From Nitrospirota bacterium (GTDB lineage: Bacteria > Nitrospirota > UBA9217), in contig OY760142.1 in NCBI GenBank assembly GCA_963663225.1, positions 2,240,001 through 2,304,000 on the forward strand: a stretch of DNA of 64,000 nt. The letters run 5' to 3'. The translations under genes and the position numbers were made by a program. Numbering within the stretch: position 1 is the first letter of the stretch; every line of letters begins with the position of its first letter. Shown here one piece after another: positions 1 through 8,853 of the stretch. Under the pieces are notes generated by a model. The model was not told where the DNA came from, ran no database searches, and saw only the letters and a list, made by a program, of their open reading frames with translations.

Positions 1-2
1 AC

Positions 3-653
3 GGCCTCCGCAGACAGTCCGTCGCCATTCTGAACATGCTGTTCGAGCAGGGCCAGCGGTTGTCGCTCGATGCCCTGATTGCGGAGGCATGCAAGACATA
101 CGGTCTGGGAAAAAGTGATACACTGAAAGTAAAAACCGAAGTCCTCTCGTTCTTTGCGCAGCGGCTTGCCGGAATGCTTGCCTCCGAGGGACTTCGCTCG
201 GATGTGGTGGATGCGGCGCTGTCCGTGGAATTCGATGATCCATTGATCGCGCGGGAAAAGGTGAAAGCGCTTGACGCGCTCAGGACGTCGGAGGATTATC
301 AGCCTCTTGTTACCGCGCTGAAGCGGGCGGGCAATATTCTGCCGAAAGAATTTGAGGGCGCGGTGAAGAAGAGTCTTCTGAAACTGGACGCCGAGAAGGG
401 GCTGTTTGCGGCCTATACCGAGATTGAAGGCCTTGTCAGAAAGAAAACGGCGGCGCTTGATTTCCGGGGAGCTCTTGCCGATATCGCGTCGCTCCGGAAA
501 CCGGTTGATGCATTTTTTGAAACAGTCATGGTAATGGACAAGGACCCGGATGTGAAGGCGAACCGGCTCGCGCTTCTTGCCGCGATTACCGGTCTTTTTT
601 CGCAGATTGCCGATTTTTCACGACTGGTTTTGAGCACCGAAGAAAAAGCATAA
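3..653 (+). CDS. glyS: Glycine--tRNA ligase beta subunit, C-terminal part (5' truncated by window edge)
   Basis: Frame is open from position 3 (GLRRQS...). DALR-type C-terminus with VDAFFETVMVMDKDPDVKANRLALL. Lies directly before ppdK. Confidence 0.93.
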   Translation, partial: GLRRQSVAILNMLFEQGQRLSLDALIAEACKTYGLGKSDTLKVKTEVLSFFAQRLAGMLASEGLRSDVVDAALSVEFDDPLIAREKVKALDALRTSEDYQPLVTALKRAGNILPKEFEGAVKKSLLKLDAEKGLFAAYTEIEGLVRKKTAALDFRGALADIASLRKPVDAFFETVMVMDKDPDVKANRLALLAAITGLFSQIADFSRLVLSTEEKA

Positions 654-728
654 GCACCTCTTTGCGGAGCGCGCGTTATGGATATTGTAAAAGTGTTTAA
701 ACAGTTTTTTTCAAGGGAGGATCGCTCT

Positions 729-3413
729 ATGGGTATGGAGAAAAAATATATTTACTTCTTTGGCAGCGGCAAGGCGGACGGATCAGGCGGGATGAAAGAC
801 CTGCTCGGCGGCAAGGGCGCCGGCCTCGCTGAGATGACGAATGCCGGCGTGCCGGTTCCTCCCGGTTTTACCATTACCACCGAAGTTTGCAACCTGTTCT
901 ATGATCTTGGCAAACGCGTCCCTGACGGTCTGGATGATGCGATGCGCGAGTACATGCGCAAGATGGAAGACGCGCTGGGCGGCAGCTACCGATTTGCCGA
1001 CCCGGACCGCCCTTTGCTGGTTTCGGTGCGGTCGGGGTCTAAGTTCTCCATGCCCGGCATGATGGACACGGTTTTGAACCTCGGACTGAACGACACAACC
1101 GTCCAGGGACTCATCCGGCTGTCGAACAACGAGCGGTTTGCCTGGGACGCCTACCGGCGTTTTATTCAGATGTTCGGCAACGTGGTCATGAACATCGAGA
1201 AGGAAGTTTTTGAACATATTATTAACGACGTAAAGAAAAAAAAGAAGGTGAAGCTTGATCTTGCTTTGACTGCCGAAGACCTTGCCGGACTTGTAGACAA
1301 GTTTAAAGCCAAAGTGCGGCAGGTCGCGAAACGTGATTTTCCTCAGGATCCGTGGGAGCAGCTTGCCATGGCACGCGACGCGGTGTTCGGTTCCTGGAAC
1401 AATCCCCGCGCCATCACCTACCGGAAGCTGAACGATATTCCCGGCAACCTCGGCACGGCGGTGAACATCCAGGCGATGGTTTTCGGCAACATGGGAGACA
1501 ATTCGGCAACCGGTGTCGGCTTCACCCGGAACCCTTCAACCGGCGCCAAGGAATTCTACGGGGAGTATCTTACCAATGCCCAGGGTGAAGACGTTGTGGC
1601 GGGTATCCGCACCCCGCATCCCATCACGGACCTCGAAAAAGAAATGCCGCAGGTATACCAGCAGCTGCGCGGGATAACCGGGAGGCTTGAGCAGCATTAC
1701 CGCGATGTCCAGGACTTCGAATTCACCGTCCAGGAAGGCGTTTTGTATATGCTCCAGACCCGGACCGGAAAGCGCACCGCTTCCGCGGCGGTCAAGATTG
1801 CCGTGGACATGGTGTCTGAAGGGCTCATTTCCAGGGAGGAAGCCGTGCTGCGTGTCGAGCCCGCGTCTCTGGACCAGCTTCTGCACCCCATTATCGACTC
1901 CAAGGCGAGAATCAAGGTCATTGCCAGGGGGCTTCCGGCATCGCCCGGAGCTGCATCCGGAATAGTGGTATTCACCGCCGATGAAGCGGTAAAACAGTCA
2001 TTGACCAACAAAGTAATCCTTGTCCGCCCCGAAACCACGCCGGATGACATTCACGGCATGGATGCGGCAAAAGGAATTCTGACCGCCCGTGGCGGCATGA
2101 CCTCTCACGCTGCGGTCGTCGCGCGGGGCATGGGAAAACCCTGCGTATCGGGCTGCGAGTCCATTCGGGTCGATCTCAAAAACCAAAAGTTTACCATCGG
2201 ACGCCTGACCGTAAAAGCGGGAGAATATATTACCGTGGACGGAGGCACGGGCAGGGTCATGCTCGGGAAGGTGGCCACAGTCGACCCGGCAGTGAGCGGT
2301 GATTTCTCCACACTCATGAAATGGGCCGATGAGTTCCGTGCCCTGGGAGTCCGGGCCAATGCGGATACGCCGCGTGATGCCAAAACGGCAAAAAAATTCG
2401 GCGCTGAAGGCATCGGACTGTGCCGTACCGAGCATATGTTTTTTGCGGAAGACCGGATCCCCATTGTGCAGCAGATGATCATGTCCAGCACGGTGGAAGA
2501 CCGCGAGGACGCGCTTGTCAAGCTTCTTCCCATGCAGCGTTCGGATTTCAAGGGCCTCTTCGAAACCATGGACGGCCTGCCGGTTACCATCCGTCTTCTG
2601 GACCCGCCGCTGCATGAATTTCTGCCCAGCCGGGAAGAGCTTATGGTTGAAGTCGCCGTGATGAAGGCGAAAAAAACCCCCAAGGCGGTTATAGCGAAAA
2701 AAGAAAAGATTCTCCGGCGTGTGGAAGAGCTGCACGAATTCAACCCCATGCTTGGTTTGCGCGGATGCAGGCTTGGCATCATATATGCCGAGATCACCCG
2801 CATGCAGACGCGCGCCATCATCGAAGCCGCGTGCGATGTCGCCAAGCGCGGGAAGCAGGTGAAGCCGGAAATCATGGTCCCTCTTGTCGGAATCAGTCTG
2901 GAACTTTCGAACCAGAAGTCTATTATCGATGCCATAGCGCAGGAAGTGATGCAGAAGAAGGGCGTTCAGGTGGAGTATACCATCGGGACCATGATTGAGC
3001 TTCCCCGCGCTGCACTTATTGCCGATGAGATAGCGAGGGAGGCCGAGTTTTTCTCCTTCGGAACCAATGATCTGACCCAGACCACGTTCGGCTTCAGCCG
3101 CGACGATGCAGGCAAGTTTATCAACTATTACCTTGACAACGGCATTCTGGAGAAAGATCCTTTCCGGACCATGGACGACAAGGGAGTGGGGCAGCTCGTC
3201 AAGATGGGAATCGAGAAGGGTCGCTCCACACGCCCGAACCTGAAAGTCGGCATCTGCGGAGAGCATGGCGGCGATCCGGCGAGTGTTGAACAGTGCCACT
3301 GTCTCGGCCTTACCTATGTCAGTTGTTCTCCCTACCGCGTTCCGATTGCGCGTCTTTCTGCGGCCCACGCGAAACTGAAAGAAAAGGGCATAGGCGGTAC
3401 GGTGACGAAATAA
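729..3413 (+). CDS. ppdK: Pyruvate, phosphate dikinase
   Basis: LLGGKGAGLAEM, SMPGMMDTVLNLGL, phospho-His motif GGMTSHAAVVARG, GICGEHGG. Start set at ATG 729 after RBS AGGGAGG. Confidence 0.97.
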   Translation: MGMEKKYIYFFGSGKADGSGGMKDLLGGKGAGLAEMTNAGVPVPPGFTITTEVCNLFYDLGKRVPDGLDDAMREYMRKMEDALGGSYRFADPDRPLLVSVRSGSKFSMPGMMDTVLNLGLNDTTVQGLIRLSNNERFAWDAYRRFIQMFGNVVMNIEKEVFEHIINDVKKKKKVKLDLALTAEDLAGLVDKFKAKVRQVAKRDFPQDPWEQLAMARDAVFGSWNNPRAITYRKLNDIPGNLGTAVNIQAMVFGNMGDNSATGVGFTRNPSTGAKEFYGEYLTNAQGEDVVAGIRTPHPITDLEKEMPQVYQQLRGITGRLEQHYRDVQDFEFTVQEGVLYMLQTRTGKRTASAAVKIAVDMVSEGLISREEAVLRVEPASLDQLLHPIIDSKARIKVIARGLPASPGAASGIVVFTADEAVKQSLTNKVILVRPETTPDDIHGMDAAKGILTARGGMTSHAAVVARGMGKPCVSGCESIRVDLKNQKFTIGRLTVKAGEYITVDGGTGRVMLGKVATVDPAVSGDFSTLMKWADEFRALGVRANADTPRDAKTAKKFGAEGIGLCRTEHMFFAEDRIPIVQQMIMSSTVEDREDALVKLLPMQRSDFKGLFETMDGLPVTIRLLDPPLHEFLPSREELMVEVAVMKAKKTPKAVIAKKEKILRRVEELHEFNPMLGLRGCRLGIIYAEITRMQTRAIIEAACDVAKRGKQVKPEIMVPLVGISLELSNQKSIIDAIAQEVMQKKGVQVEYTIGTMIELPRAALIADEIAREAEFFSFGTNDLTQTTFGFSRDDAGKFINYYLDNGILEKDPFRTMDDKGVGQLVKMGIEKGRSTRPNLKVGICGEHGGDPASVEQCHCLGLTYVSCSPYRVPIARLSAAHAKLKEKGIGGTVTK

Positions 3414-3432
3414 CAGAGCTTGAACACAGAAT

Positions 3433-3454
3433 AAGGGCGGCGTAAGCCGCCCTT
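3433..3454 (+). terminator. Hairpin after ppdK (likely terminator)
   Basis: AAGGGCGGC-GTAA-GCCGCCCTT, perfect stem with GNRA loop. U-tract is weak. Confidence 0.6.
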
Positions 3455-3525
3455 CCTGTTTGCGGAACACGCAGTTTTTGCGGTTGCTGTACGGCACACA
3501 GGTTCTTTCCGGAAGGAGAAAAACG

Positions 3526-3849
3526 ATGGGATGGTTTTATCTGTTCTGGGCCATTATTTTTGAAGTATCGGGAACTACGTGCATGAAGCTGTCGCAAGGT
3601 TTTACCAAAATCCTGCCGTCCATCTTGATGTTTGTTTTTTACGCTCTCAGCTTTGTCTTTCTGACGTTTGTTCTCAAAAAAATCAACGTGAGTGTTGCCT
3701 ACGCAGTGTGGTCCGGTCTGGGGACCGCATTGATCGCCGTCATCGGCGCCATCTGGTTTAAGGAGCCCGTGCATGCAATAAAAATAGCCTCAATAGGGCT
3801 GATTATTCTGGGAGTAGTCGGCCTGAATCTGGTCGGTGAAATGCATTAG
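3526..3849 (+). CDS. SMR family multidrug efflux transporter (EmrE/QacE type)
   Basis: About 107 aa with four hydrophobic segments, conserved Glu in IFEVSGTTCMKLSQGF, and AYAVWSGLG. RBS AAGGAG before ATG 3526. Confidence 0.9.
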   Translation: MGWFYLFWAIIFEVSGTTCMKLSQGFTKILPSILMFVFYALSFVFLTFVLKKINVSVAYAVWSGLGTALIAVIGAIWFKEPVHAIKIASIGLIILGVVGLNLVGEMH

Positions 3850-3869
3850 CGCAGGTAGAGGAGAGCACA

Positions 3870-4574
3870 ATGGATGATGCCATGCAGAAAAACGATCTCG
3901 AAGACCGTCTCCAAAAAGTTGAAAAACAGCTTGCCCGCATGGAGTCGAGTCAGACTGCCGTGGAAGTTCCCATGCTGCATCCGGCGCTGCTTTTTGCGCT
4001 CTCGGTGATATCCGTTTTTCTGGGCTATTTGGCGGTGGGATATCCGCAGCATCTGTATCAGTTTCTGTTCAGCGGTTTGCTGCTTCTTCTCTTGTATCAT
4101 CGCGGTTTTCTGCGCATGGCGCGTGGATACTGGCGCTGGCCGCAGGTCGCGCTGAATTTTCTCCTGCTGTGCCTTTTTTTTAAATTTCTGATCGGAGGCG
4201 GGGTGACGTTTCCGTTTGACTGGCTCAAACTGCCGGTGATCACGAAAAGTCCGCCTCCTGCAGACCCTTCGTGGTATTCTTCCTTTATTCCCGATTATAC
4301 GGTCCAATGGCAGGGAATTCCAAAAATCTCGGATTGGAGCATCGATATCACGAAGCTGCAAACCATCTTTCTGCTCGCAACATTTGCAGGAATGCTGTTT
4401 CGGTTCGAGCCGTTCACTTCTATTACGGCCATGACCCTTCTGGTCATTTCGGTTCCCGCCTATTTGCATTACAACTGGGACTGGATGGTCTTGTTTCTTA
4501 TCGTCGGCGCGGTTTCGCTCTATCTCCAGTCGGGGTCGAGGGCTGCTTCCCGAATGCTTTCAAACAGTATGTGA
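3870..4574 (+). CDS. Hypothetical integral membrane protein
   Basis: RBS GAGGAG, short N-terminal coiled coil, several hydrophobic segments. Family not recognised. Confidence 0.75.
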   Translation: MDDAMQKNDLEDRLQKVEKQLARMESSQTAVEVPMLHPALLFALSVISVFLGYLAVGYPQHLYQFLFSGLLLLLLYHRGFLRMARGYWRWPQVALNFLLLCLFFKFLIGGGVTFPFDWLKLPVITKSPPPADPSWYSSFIPDYTVQWQGIPKISDWSIDITKLQTIFLLATFAGMLFRFEPFTSITAMTLLVISVPAYLHYNWDWMVLFLIVGAVSLYLQSGSRAASRMLSNSM

Positions 4575-4674
4575 TACTTGATTAATCCATGGGTCGCTGC
4601 GGCGGTCGACACTCTAGTGCTCTGTTGTCATGCCGGAATATTCTGGTGCATGGGCCGGCGGACAGGAGGTACGT

Positions 4675-5220
4675 ATGCCAAAAGTTGCGATGATTCTTGC
4701 GGATGGATTTGAAGAAGTTGAAGCGATGGCCATCGTGGATGTTCTGCGGCGGGCCGGGATCGAAACAGTCATGGCGGGCCTGCACGACGGCCCGATTACC
4801 GGCAGCCGGAAGGTGCGCGTACTCTCCGATGCCCTGATTGATGCGGTACAGTCCGATGACTTTGATATGCTGGTCCTGCCGGGAGGACAGCCGGGAACGG
4901 ACAATATGAACGCGGATGGCCGTGTGGCAGACCTGATCAGGGACTTCTCGCGGAAGGGCAAGCTGATCGGCGCAATCTGCGCCGCCCCCATGGTTCTTGC
5001 CGATGCAGGAGTACTGCAGGGGAAGCATGCCACTTCATATCCTTCCTGCCGGGACAGGGTACACGGCGCCCTCTATGAGGAAAAAACCGTGGTCACGGAC
5101 GGAAACATTCTGACCAGCAGAGGACCCGGCACGGCGCTGCATTTCAGTCTTGCCCTTGTGGAGCGTCTTGCGGGCAGGGAGAGGGCACAAGCAATCAAAG
5201 AGGCGATGCTGGTAGTCTAG
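4675..5220 (+). CDS. DJ-1/PfpI (ThiJ/YajL) family glyoxalase/deglycase
   Basis: ADGFEEVEA, LPGG, nucleophile motif GAICAAP, TSRGPGTA. RBS AGGAGG before ATG 4675. Confidence 0.92.
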   Translation: MPKVAMILADGFEEVEAMAIVDVLRRAGIETVMAGLHDGPITGSRKVRVLSDALIDAVQSDDFDMLVLPGGQPGTDNMNADGRVADLIRDFSRKGKLIGAICAAPMVLADAGVLQGKHATSYPSCRDRVHGALYEEKTVVTDGNILTSRGPGTALHFSLALVERLAGRERAQAIKEAMLVV

Positions 5221-5394
5221 CATTCGGTTCAATACATCCGTTCCGATGTTCTGGTTCTGGATTGCAAATACGCGAAATTTCCCAAATCCGATCCAGCAGA
5301 CTGAGAACGCTGCACACGCTTCAAAGATCCCGAACGGAACCCCGATCGGGGAGACACCCTTGACAGGTTTCGCCGTCAATGATAAGGTTCATGC

Positions 5395-6897
5395 ATGCCG
5401 AAATACGGGCTCTTTTCTTATTTCCTTTCAACCATACTTTCACTTGTTTTGTTTTTGTTCAGCGCCTCCCTTGCAGCGGCCAAGTCAACCGTAGATGAAA
5501 TTAAATCGCGCGGCGTGCTGCTCTGGGGATCGGACTCCGAGGGCGGTGCGCCCTATGTGTTTCCGGACCCGAAGGCCCCCTCAAGACTCATCGGGTTTGA
5601 ACTCGATATTGCGGAAGCAGTGGCAAAAGAACTGGGCGTCAGGGCGCAACTCGTTCAAACGGCATGGGACAGCCTGATTCCGGCGCTTGAACGCGGGGAT
5701 TACGATCTGGCGATGAATGGCCTGGAGATCATTCCAGAAAGGGAAAAAAGAGTCCTTTTCTCCAGACCATACTATGTTTTTACGCTCCAACTGATGGTCC
5801 GGAATGAAGAGCAAAACATCAGAAGCATTCAGGACCTGCCGGGAAAGAAGGTAGGCACCCTTGCGGGTGCTGTCGCCCATGATATGTTGAAACAGATCGG
5901 CAACGTGGACGTCCGCTCCTATTCGGCGGCCTGGCCCTATGAAGATCTTGCCCTCGGAAGACTGGACGCTGTTTTTCTTGATACTCCCATCACGGTTTAT
6001 TATGGAAAACCGGATGCACGGCTCAAATACGCCGGTCCTCCGGAAGGGGAGGGATTTTACGGCATCGCAATCCGGAAACAAGACAGGGATCTTAAAGACG
6101 TTGTTGACAGGGTCATTGACCGGCTGCTTCGCACCGGTGAATTGAAGCGGATCTATGAAAAGTGGGGCCTGTGGGACAAGGCACAATCAAAACTTTCCTC
6201 CTACAATATGGCGACAACCGATGCGGGGCGGCAGTTTCGCTCCGAGAGTACGAACACTCCGCTGTATACGTTTTTCCCTTCGCTCCTGAAAGGAGCCGCA
6301 ATTACCGTCCTGATTTCTGCTGCGTCCATGGCGCTTGCAATGCTCTTCGGTGCTATGCTTGCCGTGGCCCGGGGATACGGACCACGGCCTGCTGGAATTG
6401 CCGCAACTGCCTATGTGGAAATTTACCGCGGTACGCCGCTTCTCATACAGCTCTTTATCCTGTACTACGGCCTGCCGAATGTCGGCATCACGCTGTCGCC
6501 GCTTGCCGCTGCCGTCATCGGTCTCGGAATGAACTACGCGGCCTATGAAGCCGAAGTTTACCGTGCGGGCATGGATGCCGTACCGCGGGGCCAGATGGAG
6601 GCCGCTCTCTCGCTCGGTATGGACCAATCTCTTGCATTGAGAAAAATAATTTTCCCCCAGGCTTTCAGGGTCAGTCTGCCTGGGGTAACGAATGATTTCA
6701 TCGCCCTGTTTAAGGATTCCTCCATTGTCTCGGTCATTGCCATGGTGGAGCTGACCAAAACATACGGCATCCTTGCGGCCACGACGCTTCGTTATTTTGA
6801 GCTTGGCGTCATCGTTGCAATTTTGTATTTCGGTATGAGCTATCCGTTGTCACTCCTCGCGAGAAGACTGGAGCGGAAATTAAAAGGCAAGCGTTAA
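5395..6897 (+). CDS. Polar amino acid ABC transporter, fused substrate-binding protein and permease
   Basis: Signal peptide and SBP_bac_3-type domain (GFELDIA...WDSLIPALERG), then HisM-type permease (RGTPLLIQL, EAA loop GQMEAALSLGM). Confidence 0.92.
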   Translation: MPKYGLFSYFLSTILSLVLFLFSASLAAAKSTVDEIKSRGVLLWGSDSEGGAPYVFPDPKAPSRLIGFELDIAEAVAKELGVRAQLVQTAWDSLIPALERGDYDLAMNGLEIIPEREKRVLFSRPYYVFTLQLMVRNEEQNIRSIQDLPGKKVGTLAGAVAHDMLKQIGNVDVRSYSAAWPYEDLALGRLDAVFLDTPITVYYGKPDARLKYAGPPEGEGFYGIAIRKQDRDLKDVVDRVIDRLLRTGELKRIYEKWGLWDKAQSKLSSYNMATTDAGRQFRSESTNTPLYTFFPSLLKGAAITVLISAASMALAMLFGAMLAVARGYGPRPAGIAATAYVEIYRGTPLLIQLFILYYGLPNVGITLSPLAAAVIGLGMNYAAYEAEVYRAGMDAVPRGQMEAALSLGMDQSLALRKIIFPQAFRVSLPGVTNDFIALFKDSSIVSVIAMVELTKTYGILAATTLRYFELGVIVAILYFGMSYPLSLLARRLERKLKGKR

Positions 6898-6954
6898 AAA
6901 AGAGCATGTGTACAAGCACAGAATGGGCTTAATCCATCGCACAAGAAGATACGT

Positions 6955-7728
6955 ATGATTACCGTCAGCAACCTTCACAAGTCATTCGGAGAGCATCGGC
7001 TGTTTAAAGGGATCAGCCTCGATATTTCCCGCGGAGAGGTTGTCGTTCTGATCGGCCCTTCAGGCAGCGGCAAGAGCACGTTTTTGCGGTGCATCAACGG
7101 GCTTGAAACCTTTGACCAGGGCGAAATCGACATCGACTCGATAGCCCTGCATTCCATCAACCGGTCGGCGCCGTCTCGAAGAGACCGCGAAGCCATCAGG
7201 CAGGTCAGATTGAAAGTGGGGATGGTATTTCAGCAGTTTAACCTTTTCCCTCATCTGACGGTGATGGAGAATATTATAGAAGCGCCCGTGAATGTGCATG
7301 GCATTGACCGGGCAACAGCCGAAGCGGAAGCGCTTGTATTTCTGCACAGAGTCAATCTGGAGAAAAAAGCGGGGAGCATGCCGGAAACTCTTTCCGGCGG
7401 AGAGCAGCAGCGCGTGGCCATCGCACGCGCCCTTGCCATGAAGCCGCAGGCAATGCTTTTTGACGAGCCCACGGCATCACTGGATCCGGAGATGGTGGGG
7501 GAGGTTCTTGCAGTCGTCAAGGACCTTGTGTGCCGGGACAACATGACCACGCTTATCGCCACGCATGAAATGAGCTTTGCCCAAGAAATCGCGGACCGCA
7601 TCATCGTTTTTGACGACGGCGACATCATTGATGCAGGCACACCGGAAGAAATTTTTCTGAACCCTCGTCACGAAAGAACCAGGTCCTTCCTCAGCAGGGT
7701 CCGCACGGGTACGATGTCCTCTCCTTGA
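6955..7728 (+). CDS. Polar amino acid ABC transporter ATP-binding protein (GlnQ type)
   Basis: Walker A GPSGSGKS, VFQQFNLFPH, LSGGEQQRVAIARAL, FDEPT. Confidence 0.95.
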   Translation: MITVSNLHKSFGEHRLFKGISLDISRGEVVVLIGPSGSGKSTFLRCINGLETFDQGEIDIDSIALHSINRSAPSRRDREAIRQVRLKVGMVFQQFNLFPHLTVMENIIEAPVNVHGIDRATAEAEALVFLHRVNLEKKAGSMPETLSGGEQQRVAIARALAMKPQAMLFDEPTASLDPEMVGEVLAVVKDLVCRDNMTTLIATHEMSFAQEIADRIIVFDDGDIIDAGTPEEIFLNPRHERTRSFLSRVRTGTMSSP

Positions 7729-7807
7729 CGACCACGGTATGCGATGCTACACTGATTACATGGCATGAGCAGCGTGTAGTCCGCAAGCACCGGCATCCCG
7801 AAGCGGG

Positions 7808-8782
7808 ATGTTCAGTGCGGTCCTTTCCAATGTTCTTATGAAATCCGGCGACGACCAGAAAAAAACAGAAAACACCAACCGCGTCCATGATTGCATCATT
7901 ATCGGCGCAGGCCCCGGCGGCCTGCAGGCGGCTATCTATCTGGGTCGCTACAACAGGGACGTCCTTGTCCTGGACCGGGGCGGAGGAAGGACCTGGCACG
8001 CGCAGCACATTGAAAACGTTCTGACTCATCCGGAAATCGCGGGACGGGAGATCATAGAGCTTGGAATTGAGCAGGCAAAACAGTTCAATGTGCAGGTTGA
8101 GCGCGTGCGCGTAACGACGGTGAAGAAGGATGAAGTATTCACCGTACTCACCGAAAGAACGGTATTTCGCTCGAAATTCATCATAGCAGCGTCCGGCGTG
8201 TACGACATTCTCCCACCCATCGAAAATGTGCATCGGTTTCTGGGGACAAGCTATTTCACCTGCATTGATTGCGATGGATACAAAACCAGGAATAAAAAGA
8301 CCATCGTCATCGGCAGTTCGCTCCATGCCTACAGCCTCGCGCTTATTGTAAAACGGATATTCACCAGTAATGTCACCTTCATTCCCTATCAATTCAACCT
8401 TGTGCAGTCATTTGCAGAGGTGCTGCGCGACGAAGGTGTTGCGCTGATTCTGAAAAAACCCGTGCGCATCATCGGCGGGAGCGCGATCGAGGCACTGGAG
8501 CTTGAGGACGGAGAACGCATCCCCTGCGAAGCCATCATGTCTCATTTCGGCTTCAGGCTGAACGATGATTATCTGGCAGGACTTAATTTGCAGAAGGACG
8601 CTGTTCGGTTTAAATACGTCACGAACAGCGCGTATGAGTCATCATTGGGCGGCCTTTACATCGTGGGGCCGCTCAATACCGGCCATGATCAGGTCATTAT
8701 TGCTGCCGGAGAAGGAGCGGTCGCGGCGCTGGACATCAACAAGCGGCTGCTGGAAGAGATGTGGGGGAAACGACATCCATGA
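7808..8782 (+). CDS. Thioredoxin reductase-like NAD(P)/FAD oxidoreductase
   Basis: IIGAGPGGL FAD motif, redox CIDC, AAGEGAVAA. True start may be ATG 7838. Confidence 0.85.
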   Translation: MFSAVLSNVLMKSGDDQKKTENTNRVHDCIIIGAGPGGLQAAIYLGRYNRDVLVLDRGGGRTWHAQHIENVLTHPEIAGREIIELGIEQAKQFNVQVERVRVTTVKKDEVFTVLTERTVFRSKFIIAASGVYDILPPIENVHRFLGTSYFTCIDCDGYKTRNKKTIVIGSSLHAYSLALIVKRIFTSNVTFIPYQFNLVQSFAEVLRDEGVALILKKPVRIIGGSAIEALELEDGERIPCEAIMSHFGFRLNDDYLAGLNLQKDAVRFKYVTNSAYESSLGGLYIVGPLNTGHDQVIIAAGEGAVAALDINKRLLEEMWGKRHP

Positions 8783-8853
8783 CCACGCAAAAGGCCATCG
8801 ATTATTTCCCCGGTCCTTTGCTCCGGATATCAGCGCGATGCATCATTTGCGAT

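Noticed and set aside
1998-3497. Long antisense ORFs (this one, also 9517-10977, 32471-33322, 57643-58452)
   Set aside because: Shadow frames of well-supported genes on the opposite strand with no family motifs.
3433-3525. Guanidine riboswitch upstream of the SMR gene
   Set aside because: Single hairpin with GTAA loop, no paired ACGR loops, and the SMR is EmrE-type rather than Gdx-type.
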